Positions 27,740-42,130 of a stretch of DNA of 64,000 nt are shown one piece after another. The DNA is from Piromyces finnis finn. Lineage: Eukaryota; Fungi; Neocallimastigomycota. The stretch's first letter is position 1; each line of letters starts with the position of its first letter. The notes below the pieces were generated by a model. That model ran no database searches, was not told where the DNA came from, and saw only the letters and a program-made list of their open reading frames with translations. A program made the translations under genes and the position numbers. The DNA lies in assembly GCA_002104945.1 (NCBI GenBank), contig MCFH01000001.1, positions 1,550,001-1,614,000 of the forward strand, given 5' to 3'.

Positions 27740-28440
27740 TACATTTCAAATTAAAAGGTTAATAATGATTTAAGCCTGTAGTCCAGATACATAAGCAGTA
27801 TTCATTTCTCATATTAAATTAATGTCAACTTCTAATATTATAAAGAGGTTACTGAAAGCTTCCATTTCAAAGAAAGTTGTTTATAGCCTTTGGTCTCTGT
27901 AACTAGAGAGACTGAGATCTTCAGCGTAGACTCTTCGAGGTTAAATACATATGCATTAAGTTATAACTTTTTACAGACAACATGCTGACTATAAATATTA
28001 AATCTTGTAGTTTACTTGCTTATATTATATTACCTACCTTAGGATGTTGACAAAGTAGGTTTTAAATGACCCGTCTTGAGACACGAACCAAGATGATCAA
28101 CAAATATGTAATCACTTGAGGTGTATGGGCAGTAAACTCATATGCGTAATGGAAATTATTATGATGAGATTTTTATGAAGGATCTGAATCTAGGCATAAT
28201 TATTGGGACCCAAAAGATGGTAAAGCCAGAAGAATTTTTGATGGAGATTCATAGCGGTTTTGAAATACAAATCAATCATCAACTTTGGATATGTAACATT
28301 ATGAAATGGTTAATACTTAATTGAAGGATCATATGAGACAAATATATGAAATTAAGAAATATTATACAAGAATATGCATACTATGTGCGTAGATTGAATA
28401 TCAAAGCTAAAGGATCAATACCACCACCATCTAGTAATAG
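27740..28440 (+). pseudogene. Decayed 28S (LSU) rRNA fragment (D2-D3 region), isolated from any rDNA array
   Basis: gacccgtcttgagacacgaaccaag (28068) matches GACCCGTCTTGAAACACGGACCAAG. gggacccaaaagatggt..aagccagaag..atagcggttttga..caaatcaatcatc matches GGGACCCGAAAGATGGT..GAAGCCAGAGG..GTAGCGGTTCTGA..CAAATCGATCGTC. ccatctagta occurs near 28428. The ends are approximate. Confidence 0.85.
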
Positions 28441-28679
28441 GAAATAGTCAACCTTTTTCTAATAATTATTATTAAAATTACTTTAATAGATTAGGGGAAA
28501 GGAACTTCATTATATAATATATATATATATATTAAATATATTTTAAAATGTTAAAAAGTTTAGTGGAATAATTATATTAATTATCTATTAATAGAGTTTA
28601 TCCTTAAAATTTAAAATATTATTATATAATTATATATATTAATATATACTAAAAATATTATTATAAGCCAAGTAATTCA

Positions 28680-30000
28680 AGGTATGTATTAGGAAGATAT
28701 GTGACTTCTTCCTATATATATATATACTAGTATTAGTTATAATATTTTTTTTCTAAGAAAAATAGTCAAATACATTGCATGCGATTTTTCTATCATTTAT
28801 TTATCTTATACTATTTACATATATAGTCAATTGAATATACATCTTTCATATTTTATTTATTTAAAATGCATAATAGTTCGATGAACTCTTCAAATTATAT
28901 TGTGTGGGATATATTTATCATAAATTAATAAAAAATTCAAAGACAATCAGAAGAATTATTACCACTAGTAATGATTGATGAATAGTGTTTTAAATACAGA
29001 TCGATCTAAATAATCCCCCAAATTTAAATGATATTACCATATCGAAATAGGTTACTTTTTTTTTTTTTTTTTTTTTTTGATAAGAATAAGCTTTATTTAT
29101 TTATATAATTTATATAATTTTATAATATGCTCTATTAGGCTATAATACATAATACGAAGAAATAAATTAAACTAATAAAATATATATAAATAAAGAAAAT
29201 TTGAAAAAAATCGTTAAAGTTGCAAACAGTTTGATGAACTCCGTAATTTATGCTGTGTAGGGTTTATTCCTACCTAATAAATTAAATAAGATAAAGATGC
29301 CGTATCATGTATGATAATGTGATGTCCACTAAATTTTCCTATGAGTTCTTAAGGCTTTCATTCTATAAAATACTAACATTGGACCCTTGCTACGGAATAT
29401 TTTGAATATTCTTTTTTGCCAAAATCGGTATGACATTGTCGCTCTTGATTATGTGAAGTGTTTTACTAAACCTATCAAAAACTTCATAAGACCACTAATA
29501 ATTTACCCTAATAATTAGGATTAATTTATGTAAGAAAATTGCATGATCCTCTCTATATGGAATATAAGACGCCAATGCACTGTAAAAGCTTATTCATTAA
29601 ACTATCTTTATTCTGCTATATGGATTTGAGGCTCATCATAAACTAAAGTTCCACCAATATGAAACATATAAATAGAAATAAATTTCCTTATTTCAATTTA
29701 TTCTTATTTTCATTTTTAAAAAAAGGCTATAAAGTTTGAATAAATAAATGCAAAACATTCTAAAATTTAAGGATGAACATATACGAGAGCTGTCAGAAAT
29801 AATTCTATTACTAGTAATAGCTCTTGGTGTAATTTTCACATAGCTTCAATGAATGTGAATAACTATTCAAGTCATCCCAAAAATTTTAGTGAAATTTATT
29901 GAAAAATAATTTGAATTGAGGAATTTGTTATTGGTACATCATCATCTCTGGGTAATATTTCCATTATTGAAATTACTTTTTCACTATACTGATTATATAT
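28680..30000 (-). mobile_element. Two head-to-tail family-2 LINE 3' relics: about 30000-29056 with poly(A), followed by an older piece at about 29055-28680
   Basis: Minus strand ttggtggaactttagtttatgatgag... matches 691 onward, gataggtttagtaa..taatcaagagcg matches about 860-900, and cctacacag..gagttcat matches about 1080-1110. T23 lies at 29056-29078. A second copy of the gagttcatc motif is near 28870-28925. Confidence 0.75.
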
Positions 30001-30277
30001 AAAATGTAATTTTATTTTTATCAATCAAATATTATACTACATGTAACTTTCCTACTAATCGACATTATTAAGGTTTACAGAAAAAAAAAAAAGTCATGTC
30101 AATTTACTTTTAAAAATACTTATTTGTGATATCTCTATAATGCACAAAAATATATATAATATATATTTATCAGTTTTAAAAATTATATAAAAATCTATTT
30201 ATTTAAATAAAAAATAGTATTATAAATACTAATATCTATTATTTGAAAATATAATTATAAAATATTATTATACAACA

Positions 30278-30319
<42 letters not shown>

Positions 30320-31062
30320 TATTATCATTGAAATTCTAATACTAAATTTATATAAATTTTATTAACTATTTTGAATATAAATTGAAATAAATAATTTTTT
30401 AAATATATATATTTTATGCTTGAAAATTTCTATTTAATAAAGATATATGTTTAAAAAGGAAATAATAATAAACGTATAGTAATATATAACAACAACATAT
30501 ATACCAAATGAATTGAAAATATTTTAAATTCAAAAAAATAGGTTATAAAAAGGGATATTTATGATATATTAATAGTTATTGTTAACTATTTCTTTTTGGA
30601 ATTTAATAATATTCATTCACTTTGATATATATATAAATATATTTTAAAAATAATTAAAATTGTCAAATTTCAATTATTATATTTTGCTTTTTTGTTTTTA
30701 CTTTTTTGAAGAAAAGATATTAATTCTATTAATTATAAAACTTAAATTTTAACATGGTATTCTAATCGTATTTATGGAGGATAATACTACTGTATAATTT
30801 TCTATTTAATTTCTATACTTTCTCTATGTCTTTCTCTTTTTTTCATCTTCAAATAATATATATTTATTTTCTAATATAATAAAACCATTTAATTTTTTGA
30901 TTTATGCTAATAATGATACAGTTGGAATATTTTATTACTTAAAATTGAAAAAAAGAAAGTTCTATAAATATATTACAGTATTTACTCCCTTTTCATTGAT
31001 ATTTATAAAAAACACCAATAAATATTTTAATCTTTTTTTACGATTTCTTAACATTATTCTAT

Positions 31063-32359
31063 TTAATGACTACTTCTTGGTGTCGGAGGGGCTGTTTGAC
31101 TGTTAGGTGAACGTTGATATGGATGAACTCTTCGAGAAGCTCTTTGAGTAGGTGGTGGATGTGATTGAGAAGAATTAGAATATTGTGATGGATGTGACTG
31201 GGAAGAATTAGAATATTGTGGTGGTGTTGGTTGTTGCCTTAATGATGGCATTATTAAAGGATTAGTTTGTTGAATTGACTGAGCTTGTGGAAGTTGGTTT
31301 CGAGAATTAGTTTGTGGTGAAGACATTGATGTAGGAGTAAAATAGCCAGTAGCTGAGCTAACCACATTGCCATAAGTAGATTGATATCCAGAAGTTTGAA
31401 CATTAGTAGAAGAATATGGATACATATATGGTGAATTTACTGAAATAGGATTAGAAGCGATATGATTATTTGGGGTGGTTGGTTGTTGCTGAGGAGTTTG
31501 ATGATAGCTTTGTGGAGAAAAGTTTGGATTTTGTAGAGGACTAAGATGATTATTATATTGCATAGTTGGTGTAGTTGTTGAATTATAAGAAGGTTGTTGG
31601 AATAATTTTCTTTCATCATTAAATATTTCAGAAGTTCTTTCCGAATTAGCAGAAGTTTGAGTAGTTGGAGTAGATTTTGGAGTTTGAGCTCGTTGATTAT
31701 CTTCATTATAAATTTGGGATTGAAGAGTAACTTTTTGGGATGACATTGATTGTGGCGATGATTCTTGAACATTATTGTTTTTAATAATATTATTTTGTGG
31801 AGATGGGATAGCAGCAGTAACTGGTGATGGTTGGTATATTGGTGAAGATTGAGCACTACCATTTGAATTTGAATGTTGAGGATAATTCATATTATCAGTA
31901 GCAACATCTGGTGCATTTAAACATGACTGAATTAAAGTTTTTCCTTCCGTTTTTGTAATTAAAGGTTGGAGTTTAGTAGTAGCAAATGTATAAACATGAC
32001 CAGTCTCTGATGCCACCAATAATAAAACTTGAGTGCCAGTTAATGTTGAAAGTTCATAAGCCTTCTTCATAATACCAGCTTTTCTTTTACTAAAAGTAAT
32101 ATGTCTTCTACTTTTATCATCAATATATTCAATTTTTATTTTTCTTCTTCCAGTTCTTTTTTCTTTTGGACTTTCTTCTATATCAGAATCATCTATATCT
32201 TCTTGTTTATATTGTCCTTTTGTTGGTACTCTAAGATTCTCTTTTATTTATTGAAAATTTTTATAGTATTAGATATATAACTTTTTTTTTCTTTATTATT
32301 ATTATTTATATTATTAAATACATACGTTGATCATAATCAGCTCTATTAATGGTAGACAT
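31063..32359 (-). CDS. MCM1: SRF/Mcm1-type MADS-box transcription factor, 2 exons, with a Q/S/P-rich C-terminus
   Basis: GRRKIKIEYIDDKSRRHITFSKRKAGIMKKAYELSTLTGTQVLLLVASETGHVYTFATTKLQPLI. Short exon 1 (MSTINRADYDQ) is followed by a GT..AG intron. Confidence 0.9.
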
Positions 32360-35300
32360 TCTTATTAACTACAAATATATATTAAATATATATATATTAA
32401 TTTATTGCTATAAATTTTATTGTATTTTATATATTATTTAGTGAAATTCTGCAATTCGAAAAAAAAATATTTTATTCCAATATACTTAATAAAGATTATT
32501 AATTATTTATATTTGTGATTTTATTGTATTTCTTTTTAACTTATATTTTATTACTACATACTATGGAAATTTTAAAATTCTAAAAAATATACTTTTAATT
32601 TCTATATAGTATAAAATAATTTTATATAAATTATTTTTATTATAAAAGGAAAGTGTTTTCGAATTGCTTTTTATTATTATTTAAAATATTTACATTTTAT
32701 ATTTTTTAAAAACTTTATTGATATTTTTTTTTGTTGTTGTGGTTGACTTTAATTATAAATAGATTTTCTTCTTTAATTTATATTATTATCATTTACTTTA
32801 AAAGTCTCTTGTTTATTATAAAAGAAGGGAAAAAAATATGTATATAAAATTTGATTTAATATTATTAAGATTGAATATATTGTATGCAAAAATAAATTTT
32901 AACAGTAATAAATAAAATTTTCAAAATAAAATATATTTGCTCTACAGATATATAATTGAACAATAAAATATTTATATTAAAAACAAATAATTCTATATAA
33001 GACTTTTAAAATTTTTATGAAACAAAAAAAAAAAAAAAAAATAATGGTTATTTCTTGATATTTATAAAGGAAAAAAAGTTCTATTTAAAGCAATAAATAT
33101 AATTAAATTTTTATATATTATAAAAATTTTCAAAACTACACCTAAAATTGATATACCATATTTATTAAGGTTTATTATATTGAATAATATATTGAAACAT
33201 ATACATTTTAAATGTAAAATTATATTTATATATATATTACGGAATTAATTATTATATTCCAATATGAATAAATAATATAGCATGAATGTGTAATATTAAA
33301 TAAATAAACATTTTAATTAATTTACAATATATAATTTATAATATATATTATTTATTTATTAATATATAATCCTTAACAAATATATATTAAATATGTATAC
33401 TTTATTGGTGTATCAATTCCACCTATATTTATTTTTTTTTATTTAATTTAATATAAAAGGTAAAAAAAAAAATTAAAAAAAAAAAAAAATACAAACAAAT
33501 ATATTAATTAAAGTTGATAAATAAATTACTTTATTAAAAAAGGAATAATAATATATACTATATAGTGATAGTATATTATAATATAAACTTTATAAAGGAA
33601 TTTTTCTAATTAAATCACATAATTTAATTGAAATAATATAATGACATATTTTATAAAACGGTAATATATAATAAAATATGATTATTATATATGTAACTTT
33701 ATTTAAATAAAAGCAAAATATAGGCTCACATATATACAAATGGTAATAGAATTTTTAATATATTAAATATATAAGTTTTACAATGATATTAATTATAATA
33801 TATGCCGCTATAAAAAAAACATATATTATAATTAATTGTTGACTGCAATACTTTAAATATTTCTATAATTTTGAAAATTTTTATTTTAGTATTGATAACC
33901 TTATTTATATTTATTTTTTTTATTAAATATGAACTTCAAAATGAATCTGGATTTGGTTAATATTTCTGACGAAACTACTAAAAAAAATTAGTTGATTATT
34001 TATTAAAGGAAAAAAATTTATTTCGTTTCTATTAAAGTCTTGCTTGGAAGGATAGAAGTATTATTTTTTTTATTCAGCAAACAATATATAAAGGCGGCAA
34101 TTGTTTAGCATAATTTGATGATATTTACACATTAATATATAATAGTATTTATTATTTACGATACTTTATACAGGGTTATTTAAAATTATATAGAAATTAT
34201 TTAGTATATTATGTCTAAATGAAATATTTTAAGTTAAAATAAAATTCATTTAATACCACAAAAATCATATAACTATTTCTTTAAGTAAGTAAAAATAGCA
34301 AATTGTTAGATATGTTAAAATAAAATGTAAATTATTTATAAAACTTTAACATATATTATCTATTATATTATTAATATATTTTCTTATTGAAATAAAATAG
34401 AATATATTTAATTAATACTAAATAGTGAATAGTGAATCTTATTAGTTCCATTATATAATTTGTATTACATTCCTTTTTTTTTTTAATAAAATAATTCTAA
34501 ATATTAATAAAGTTTTAATTTTTGATAAACTTTAATGTATATTAAAAAATGTAATTACAAACAATATACTAACATTATATAATAATTAATATATTATAGT
34601 ATATTAAAAAAGTTACATTTCAATTTTTAAATAAAAAAACATTAAATATTAAAAATATATTACAGTAAATATATAACTAATAATTATAATATATTGAACA
34701 CATATATAAATAAAATATTACAATATATTACATAATATATTATTTGAATAATATTAATATGACAGAAGACAAAAAAATATGATACTACTTTATATAATTA
34801 TGAAAAATATCATAAAATTTTATACATATGTAATTAACACCTTCAATATTGATGATAATTAACTATAATACAATTTTTTAAAAAATTTATTTTTACCTAA
34901 ATAATATGGTAAATTTTTCTCTACTATAATATTGATTTTCCATGATACATTATTAAATTTACTATTTCTTTTTTTATATTTAATAATGAATATTAAAAAA
35001 TATATTCCCATTAAAAGAATCTTAAAAAATTAAATTACCTTTAAATGATAAAATACATTTAATTATATTTTTAAAGATTAACGATTCTCATGATTCCAAA
35101 GATAAATGTTATTCAATGAATAACAGCAGAAATTATTTTTAAAATATTTTTTTTTCTTTTGATAAACTATGATACATAGAATATGTGATTTACATATTAA
35201 TCTTCACTGATATTTTTTATAACATTATTCTAATCATTAATAGAAATTGTATAAGTATATTAAAAAAGTTTACTCACGGCGGTAAACTATAAAGATTAAA

Positions 35301-36954
35301 TAGTTATATATACTTTTCTATTTTTTTAATTTTAGGTTGAAAGTAAATTTAATATAACATATTATAAAAATATAATTATAATATACAAATCAAACATTGA
35401 TATCATTTTAACTATTTTATTTCATGAATTTATTAAGTTATAAGTAAAGCAATGTTTAATTACATTAAAAATAAAAGATTATATAATAAAGATTATTTAA
35501 ACCTTAACCATTTTACAAGGTTGTTGGAATGCTATTTATTAATTATCCATTATTTTGTGACATATTTTTTAAATAGTAGGTTAGAACATTTAAAAATTAA
35601 TAAATTTTAAATCATTTAATATATAAGAATATAATTAAAATATGTAGCATATATATTAACCATTATATTCGATATATATAAAATTTGATTTAATTAAAAT
35701 GTACAAAATTAAAAAATTTTTATTAATTAAATAATTATTAAGAATATTTATTTATTAAATAGTTTAAACAATTTATAAACAACATTTAAGTTTTATTTTA
35801 TTTTTGCTACAATTAATTAATTTATTGGTAACTTACAATATACATAATTATTTATGTGAAACTTAAAAAAGCCAATTCTAATAATGATAGTTCATATTTT
35901 TAGGAATAGGAACTATCGATATATAGCTATTTAACTGAATATTTATATTACACGCTTTTATAGTTAAAGATATGCTAATATCATTTATTAATGCTTTATT
36001 GAAATTTAATAAAGATATATTAAATTACATAATTTTTTAATATTAATTATATATAATATGGATAAGATTTATATTATTTCTATTATTGCTGTTAATTTTT
36101 ATTAATGAAAAAAAAAAAAAAAGAAACTATGACTATACATGTAATGTGAGAATAAGAGTATAATTGCTTTTATTATATAGAGCATTTAAAGTGTAAAAAT
36201 AGGATTAATAAATTTCTCATAATTTAAATGTAATAATAAATTAATGTAGTTATGAAATTCTCATAGACTTTTATTTTAATTAATTTTTTTTAAAAAAAAA
36301 TGAAAAAAATTCATTATGTTGATTGTTTTGATTTCTTAAAAATGTAAATATAACATTAAAAGAGCCGTTTTAAAATGTTTTTTTTTTTTATTTTATTACT
36401 ATGTACTTTAAGTGATATATAACAAAATGTTTTTAGCATTTTATAAGCTATTAAAGCTTTGATGCCAAGTAAAATTCGTAATAAATATTTTTTTAATTTT
36501 AAAATCGTCAAAAATTATACAATAAAAATATAATTACAATTAATGCATAATAATTAATAATAAATAGTTATATAAAATCAATTAAAAAATTTTTTTATTA
36601 AATTGTTTATTTTTGTTACTACTTAATATAGAAAAAAAAACATTTTATATATAAAGTAAAAAAAAAAAACAAAATAAAATCAATAAACAATTGATATGAA
36701 TTAATATTTCATTTTATTTGCAATAAATAAAAGAATAAATGTAAAAATAGTTTAATAAGTAATTAGTATAATATGAATAATTATAAAGATGTTAAATATA
36801 ATAATAAAAATCAATCAGCTTTACTAAGCAATTTAATATGATAAATCAATATTTAAAAAAATATCCTTGTTTTTTAATCTTTAATAAATTTTCTTATATT
36901 ATGGAACATTAATATTATTTATTAATAAACCTTAATTATTATCATATAGAATAG

Positions 36955-37269
36955 TACCATATTACCTATTACCCTAATTATTATCCTGATAATCAATTAT
37001 CTTATGAATTAATGAAATTATCAAAGTATACTACTTTTCCTCTTGAAATTAATGAAAAGGGGTTATTAACAAAAACTACAGATGAAATATTGTATGAAAT
37101 TACAAATGAATACGAATTTATTATTACTGATTTGGATGATTCATTAAATGTTATAAATGGAAAATCACTAATGGACTATTTTAAAGATTTAAAAGATATC
37201 ATTAGTAATAAAGAATTTACCATTTATTATGGTGATTATTATTCTGATGATATAAAATTTTATAATTAA
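36955..37269 (+). CDS. Candidate orphan terminal exon or gene relic (about 104 aa), unknown product
   Basis: Open frame YHITYYPNYYPDNQLSYELMKLSKYTTFPLEINEKG...DDIKFYN* follows a TAG acceptor and has protein-like composition. No upstream exons were identified. Confidence 0.35.
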   Translation, partial: YHITYYPNYYPDNQLSYELMKLSKYTTFPLEINEKGLLTKTTDEILYEITNEYEFIITDLDDSLNVINGKSLMDYFKDLKDIISNKEFTIYYGDYYSDDIKFYN

Positions 37270-40200
37270 ATACTTATATATCCATATAATTATAATAAAG
37301 AAAATTTATATAGAAATTATTAAATTAAATTTATATTAACTAGTATAATACTATAATATATGTATTTTAAATTATATAAAACAAAGTTAATCAAGGAAGG
37401 TTTTGCTTATGACATCATATTTAATATATATGAAATAATAAATTTATATAAAATATTTAATAATGTAATGCAATACATTATTTTTAAAATTGAATCAACT
37501 ATTGTAGATATTGATCTAAATAAGAAAAAAAGATAAAATAATATTGTGGATAAACAAATAAAGTGTTGTTGATAATTCATTAAGCATTAACAAAATAGTT
37601 ATATAAAAGTCTACAAGTTTTTTTTATTATTTTTTTAAAAGCATATTTTTTTTTAAGAACTATATTAAAGATATATTATTACCTTTTTATAGTAATAAAA
37701 TTAATTAAATCGTGTATATAGGTTAATCATTTAATTCATGTATTAATAATAAAATACATTTTAATATATTGGCAAGAATAATATATTATTATACATTTTA
37801 TATTTTAAGTATTCTTTCTCAATTACAATTACTAAAAAAAGTAGTAAGTAGTAACAATGAATAATGAATTAATTTAACTATTATAAGTGATACAAGAAAG
37901 AAAAAAACCTTATTAATTATTAAAAATAAAATATTACATCAATTTCTATATAATAAGGTTAATTATATATTAAATTTCGACCAAATCAGCTTATAGTTTA
38001 TTATACCTTTTTTTTTTTTTTTAAAAGTTCTGTTAAAAAGCTCAATATATATTTAGTTTTTCTTTTTCTTTTTCTTTTCTTTTATTATAAAAGCTTTCAT
38101 AAATTCAAGAAAGAATAAATAAAAAAAATTACAATTTAATTATTTAAATAACTTTATTAGCTATAAATATTATTTTGATGTATTAGAATTTAAGGTTTCG
38201 AAAAGTATTTTAAATTTAAATTTTATTATTATTCATGACTTAGAGAGATAGACATTTAATATATTTAACCAAAGTTTAATGTACGGGAAAAAAAAAAAAA
38301 AGAAGTATAAATTAAACTATTCTAATGCTAATGTTGTTTGTATTAATAGATAAAATAATCAAAGTAATATTTTCATTATTCTCATTATTTTTTTTTTATT
38401 TTTAAGCATTAATAATTAAATATAAATTTAAAAAGGTGAAATTTAATGAATTATAATAGTATTTTAAAGATACGACTTTTTAGTGAATATACTGATTTAT
38501 TTTGTATTACCTAAGCATTTAATAAATATTTGATATGTAATATATTATAAAACTAAAGCAAAACATGCCGTTTAAAAAAATAAAAAAATGCTACTTTTTT
38601 TTTTTTTAGAATTTATGATAAAGAAAAAAAAAAGGAGTGAAGTATTTTTTGGAATTAAAGTAATGTATATTTTTAATATTAATATAATTGTATTAATATA
38701 ATTGTATAATAGTTTTTTTTTTTTTAATTTTTGATTTATTTACTTTTTAATATATTCATGAACCAATTGGAATTTTATATAAATACTTATAAATTTTCTA
38801 ATTTAAGGAGGAAAGATTATCTTAATATCTGTAAGCGTTAAAGTGAGAAATGTGATAATTTAAAATATTTTATTTTTATGATTAGTATTAGGCATTAAAC
38901 TATATAGAATTAATACGTAAAAAAGGAAGAAAAATGATATTTTTTTTTTTTTTTTTTAAAAAAACAAATTATAATAAATAAATAAAAGTAAAATAACTCA
39001 CTCATTATTACATATTTTATTTAAAATTTTGACTAATATTATAGAATTTTAAAAATAAAATTTATTTTTTTATAATAAATGAAAGATATATTAAATTATT
39101 AGTTAAAATTAATACCATGAAATTCATTTAACGGTTAGTTGAACTTTTCTATTAATAACTGTATATAAAAAAATAATAAAAGATTTATTTTTCAATATTT
39201 TATGTACTATAAATTATCATAAAAAATTATTTTAATTACTAAAGTTATTTAAATAAGTAATTAATCATTATTTCATTCCTTTTTTTTGAAGTAATATAAT
39301 GTTAATAGTAAAATATCAAAGAGGATATTTAATTATATTAAAATATTTTTTCACTTTTTTTTGACAAGACCTTTTTAATTTGGTATAAGTTTTTATGTAA
39401 TGTTTTAACGAAAATTAGATGCCAAAACAAATTCCAATCTTTAGACCAATTATAATTTATATTCGTATTGAATCAAATTAGACAACAGTCATTTATTAAA
39501 CAAATAGGTTTTGTCTCATGATGTAAAAAAAAAATATTGGTATATATTATATATTTAAGTTTGGGTATTACATATACTATAATTGGTATAATTGAAAATC
39601 ATTAATAAAAAAGGTATATCACTGCTGATTGATTTATTTACCTAATACCTTGTGTAATATTACAATAATTATAGCATTTTTAAAAAAAAATTTTTTTTGT
39701 TAATACGAATAGAGCTAAAATTAAAATACAATAAACATTTATCATTATATTAAATATATATATTTTTTAATTATGACTATATTTGAAAGGTATTATAATC
39801 ATTCGAGATAACAAAAAGTTTTTTTAAAAAAAAAGTTTTTTTATATTATTAAAAATGTATACATTTAGAGAACGATAGTATTATTAAATTAAATTTAAAA
39901 TTTTACTATAATGCTAGTGGAATAAATAAAAAAGAAATTAGAATTATTTTTATTTCAAGAACTTTTAATAATTTGATATGACTATAAGTTTTTTTGCAAA
40001 ATAAAAAAGAAATATTATAAAATGTTCAAATCAATAGGCTTTGATGTATTAATAATAATATTATATAAAGCAATCTTTATTATTGATATCGTTTCAACCG
40101 TTTCCACAGATAATTGATACAAATGATCAACACTTTTTGAAAATAAGCAAATTCATTAGTGACAATTTTTTATGTTTTTTTTTTTCAATTACTTTTAATT

Positions 40201-41807
40201 CATTATTTTAAGGTTTTGAAAAAAAAATAAGATTTTTGGTTAGATATAAAAATTTAATATTATGATATAAAATAATAATAATAAAGAATTTCTTTATCTA
40301 TAATAGTTTAAATTATACATTAAGCCTTTATAGTTAGAATAATATTTCTAAAAAAAAAAAGTCAATTTATAATTTAATGAAAAATTTTTATATTATTTAT
40401 ATATAATTGATGTATGCTATTATAATTTTTTAATATGGTATTAGGACTTTTATTCACACAATAATAATATTAATATATGTAATTTAGAGGTGAGTAGTGA
40501 TTATTAAAATATATTTCAATTGATTTTGGATCTATCTAAATTCAAAATTATGAAAAGAAAATGATATAGCTTATCATAAAAATATTATAAATAAAAATAA
40601 TAAATTAATATATACTTTTATATAACTAAATATTTAATTAAATATTTTTAACTATAAACTTACCAAGATAAACCATTCTTTTTTTTTTTATAGTTAAAAA
40701 ATAAAATAATAGCTTTATATTTCTATTAATAGCAATATTAAAACTAATAGAATAATTAACTTTTACAAAATTGGAACAAAAGGAATAATTAATAAGAAAT
40801 AATTATGATGAAATTAATTTTACACATTTTGATTAAAAAAAGACAAAATCTTATTCTATATATAAATATTTTTTAAAACAATTCTTTCTCTTTTTGGGAA
40901 TGATTTTAGTCTTATTTATCAATTTTAATTATGTACTAGATTGGTTAAAATTAAAAATATATATATGTATATATATATATATACTTATATATTAAAAATT
41001 TCTTTTAACTATTATATAGTTAATCACTTTTTATTTTATTTTCCCTAGTAGAAAAAAGAGTGAAGATATAAAAGTATAAGTGTCCTCAATATCTTAATAT
41101 ATCTAAATTTGTTTTATATTAAAAAAAAACATTATTTTAATATATACTATACGCTAAAAGAAAATTGTGTACATCAAATATACTAATTATAAAAGTAACA
41201 ACGCAACAATACTACAAAATTTTGATATTTTAAAATCATTTTTTACTAATTTTATAATATATAAAAAATTATCAATTATTATCAAATCCAAATCAAAGAA
41301 AATAGATAAAACCACATATTATAATTGATTGTAATATAATTATTAATATATTAAAATTTAAATAATAAAATTGTTATTGAAAAAAGTTTTTAATATTTGT
41401 TGTATATTAAAGTGATCGGTGATTAACTTTTTTAGGATATTATAACAATTCTTAATTAAAATTAAGTTTTAAATGTTCAAAAAAGGAAAAAAATGATTTT
41501 TTTATTTTTCAACCAACCGTAACTTTCTATGTATTATAATTATTTCCTTAAAAATTATTTTTGATACTTTTTAATTTTTTTTTCATTTTGAATAAAAGAT
41601 TTTTATTGGTTTTAGTGTAACATAACTATATATTAAAATGCAAATATTTATATTAATTAAAATTCCTTTTTAGATATTAGTTTGGCACAAAAGGTTCATT
41701 CAAATAAACATTCATCATATATTAATTTGTTACATGACAAAAAAAATCTTATATTGAAATATTAAATTTTGATAAAAACATATGGAAACAAACAAACTCA
41801 CAAAAAC

Positions 41808-41810
41808 AAA

Positions 41811-41864
<54 letters not shown>
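41808..41864. repeat. (TAAA)n microsatellite
   Basis: Seen directly. Confidence 0.9.
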
Positions 41865-41865
<1 letters not shown>

Positions 41866-42130
41866 GTAAAAGAATTAAATATTATGGAAAATTTAAAAAT
41901 ATATAATTTTAAAAATTCATTTTTAATAGGAAATTCAGCATTTTTATTATTATGATAAAATATCTTTTAGTATATATATATATATATATAATTAATAAAT
42001 TATCAAACTCAAATTATAATCCTTTATCTATTTGTATACTTTTTGTATAATATATATATATATTTATAAAAAATATTTCTTCATTGTGTATTCTATGCTT
42101 TCTATTGTAATTGATTTTCCTTTTATGCCT

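Noticed and set aside
29225-29245. snoRNA C-box-like TGATGA repeated near 28880 and 29230
   Set aside because: It is explained as the antisense of the family-2 LINE 3' UTR, and no matching D box or terminal stem was seen.
23234-32359. ARG8 next to an Mcm1/Arg80-type MADS gene as a regulatory cluster
   Set aside because: The genes are 6 kb apart with TE and rRNA relics between them, and no CC(A/T)6GG box was found by eye upstream of either. Proximity alone is not evidence.
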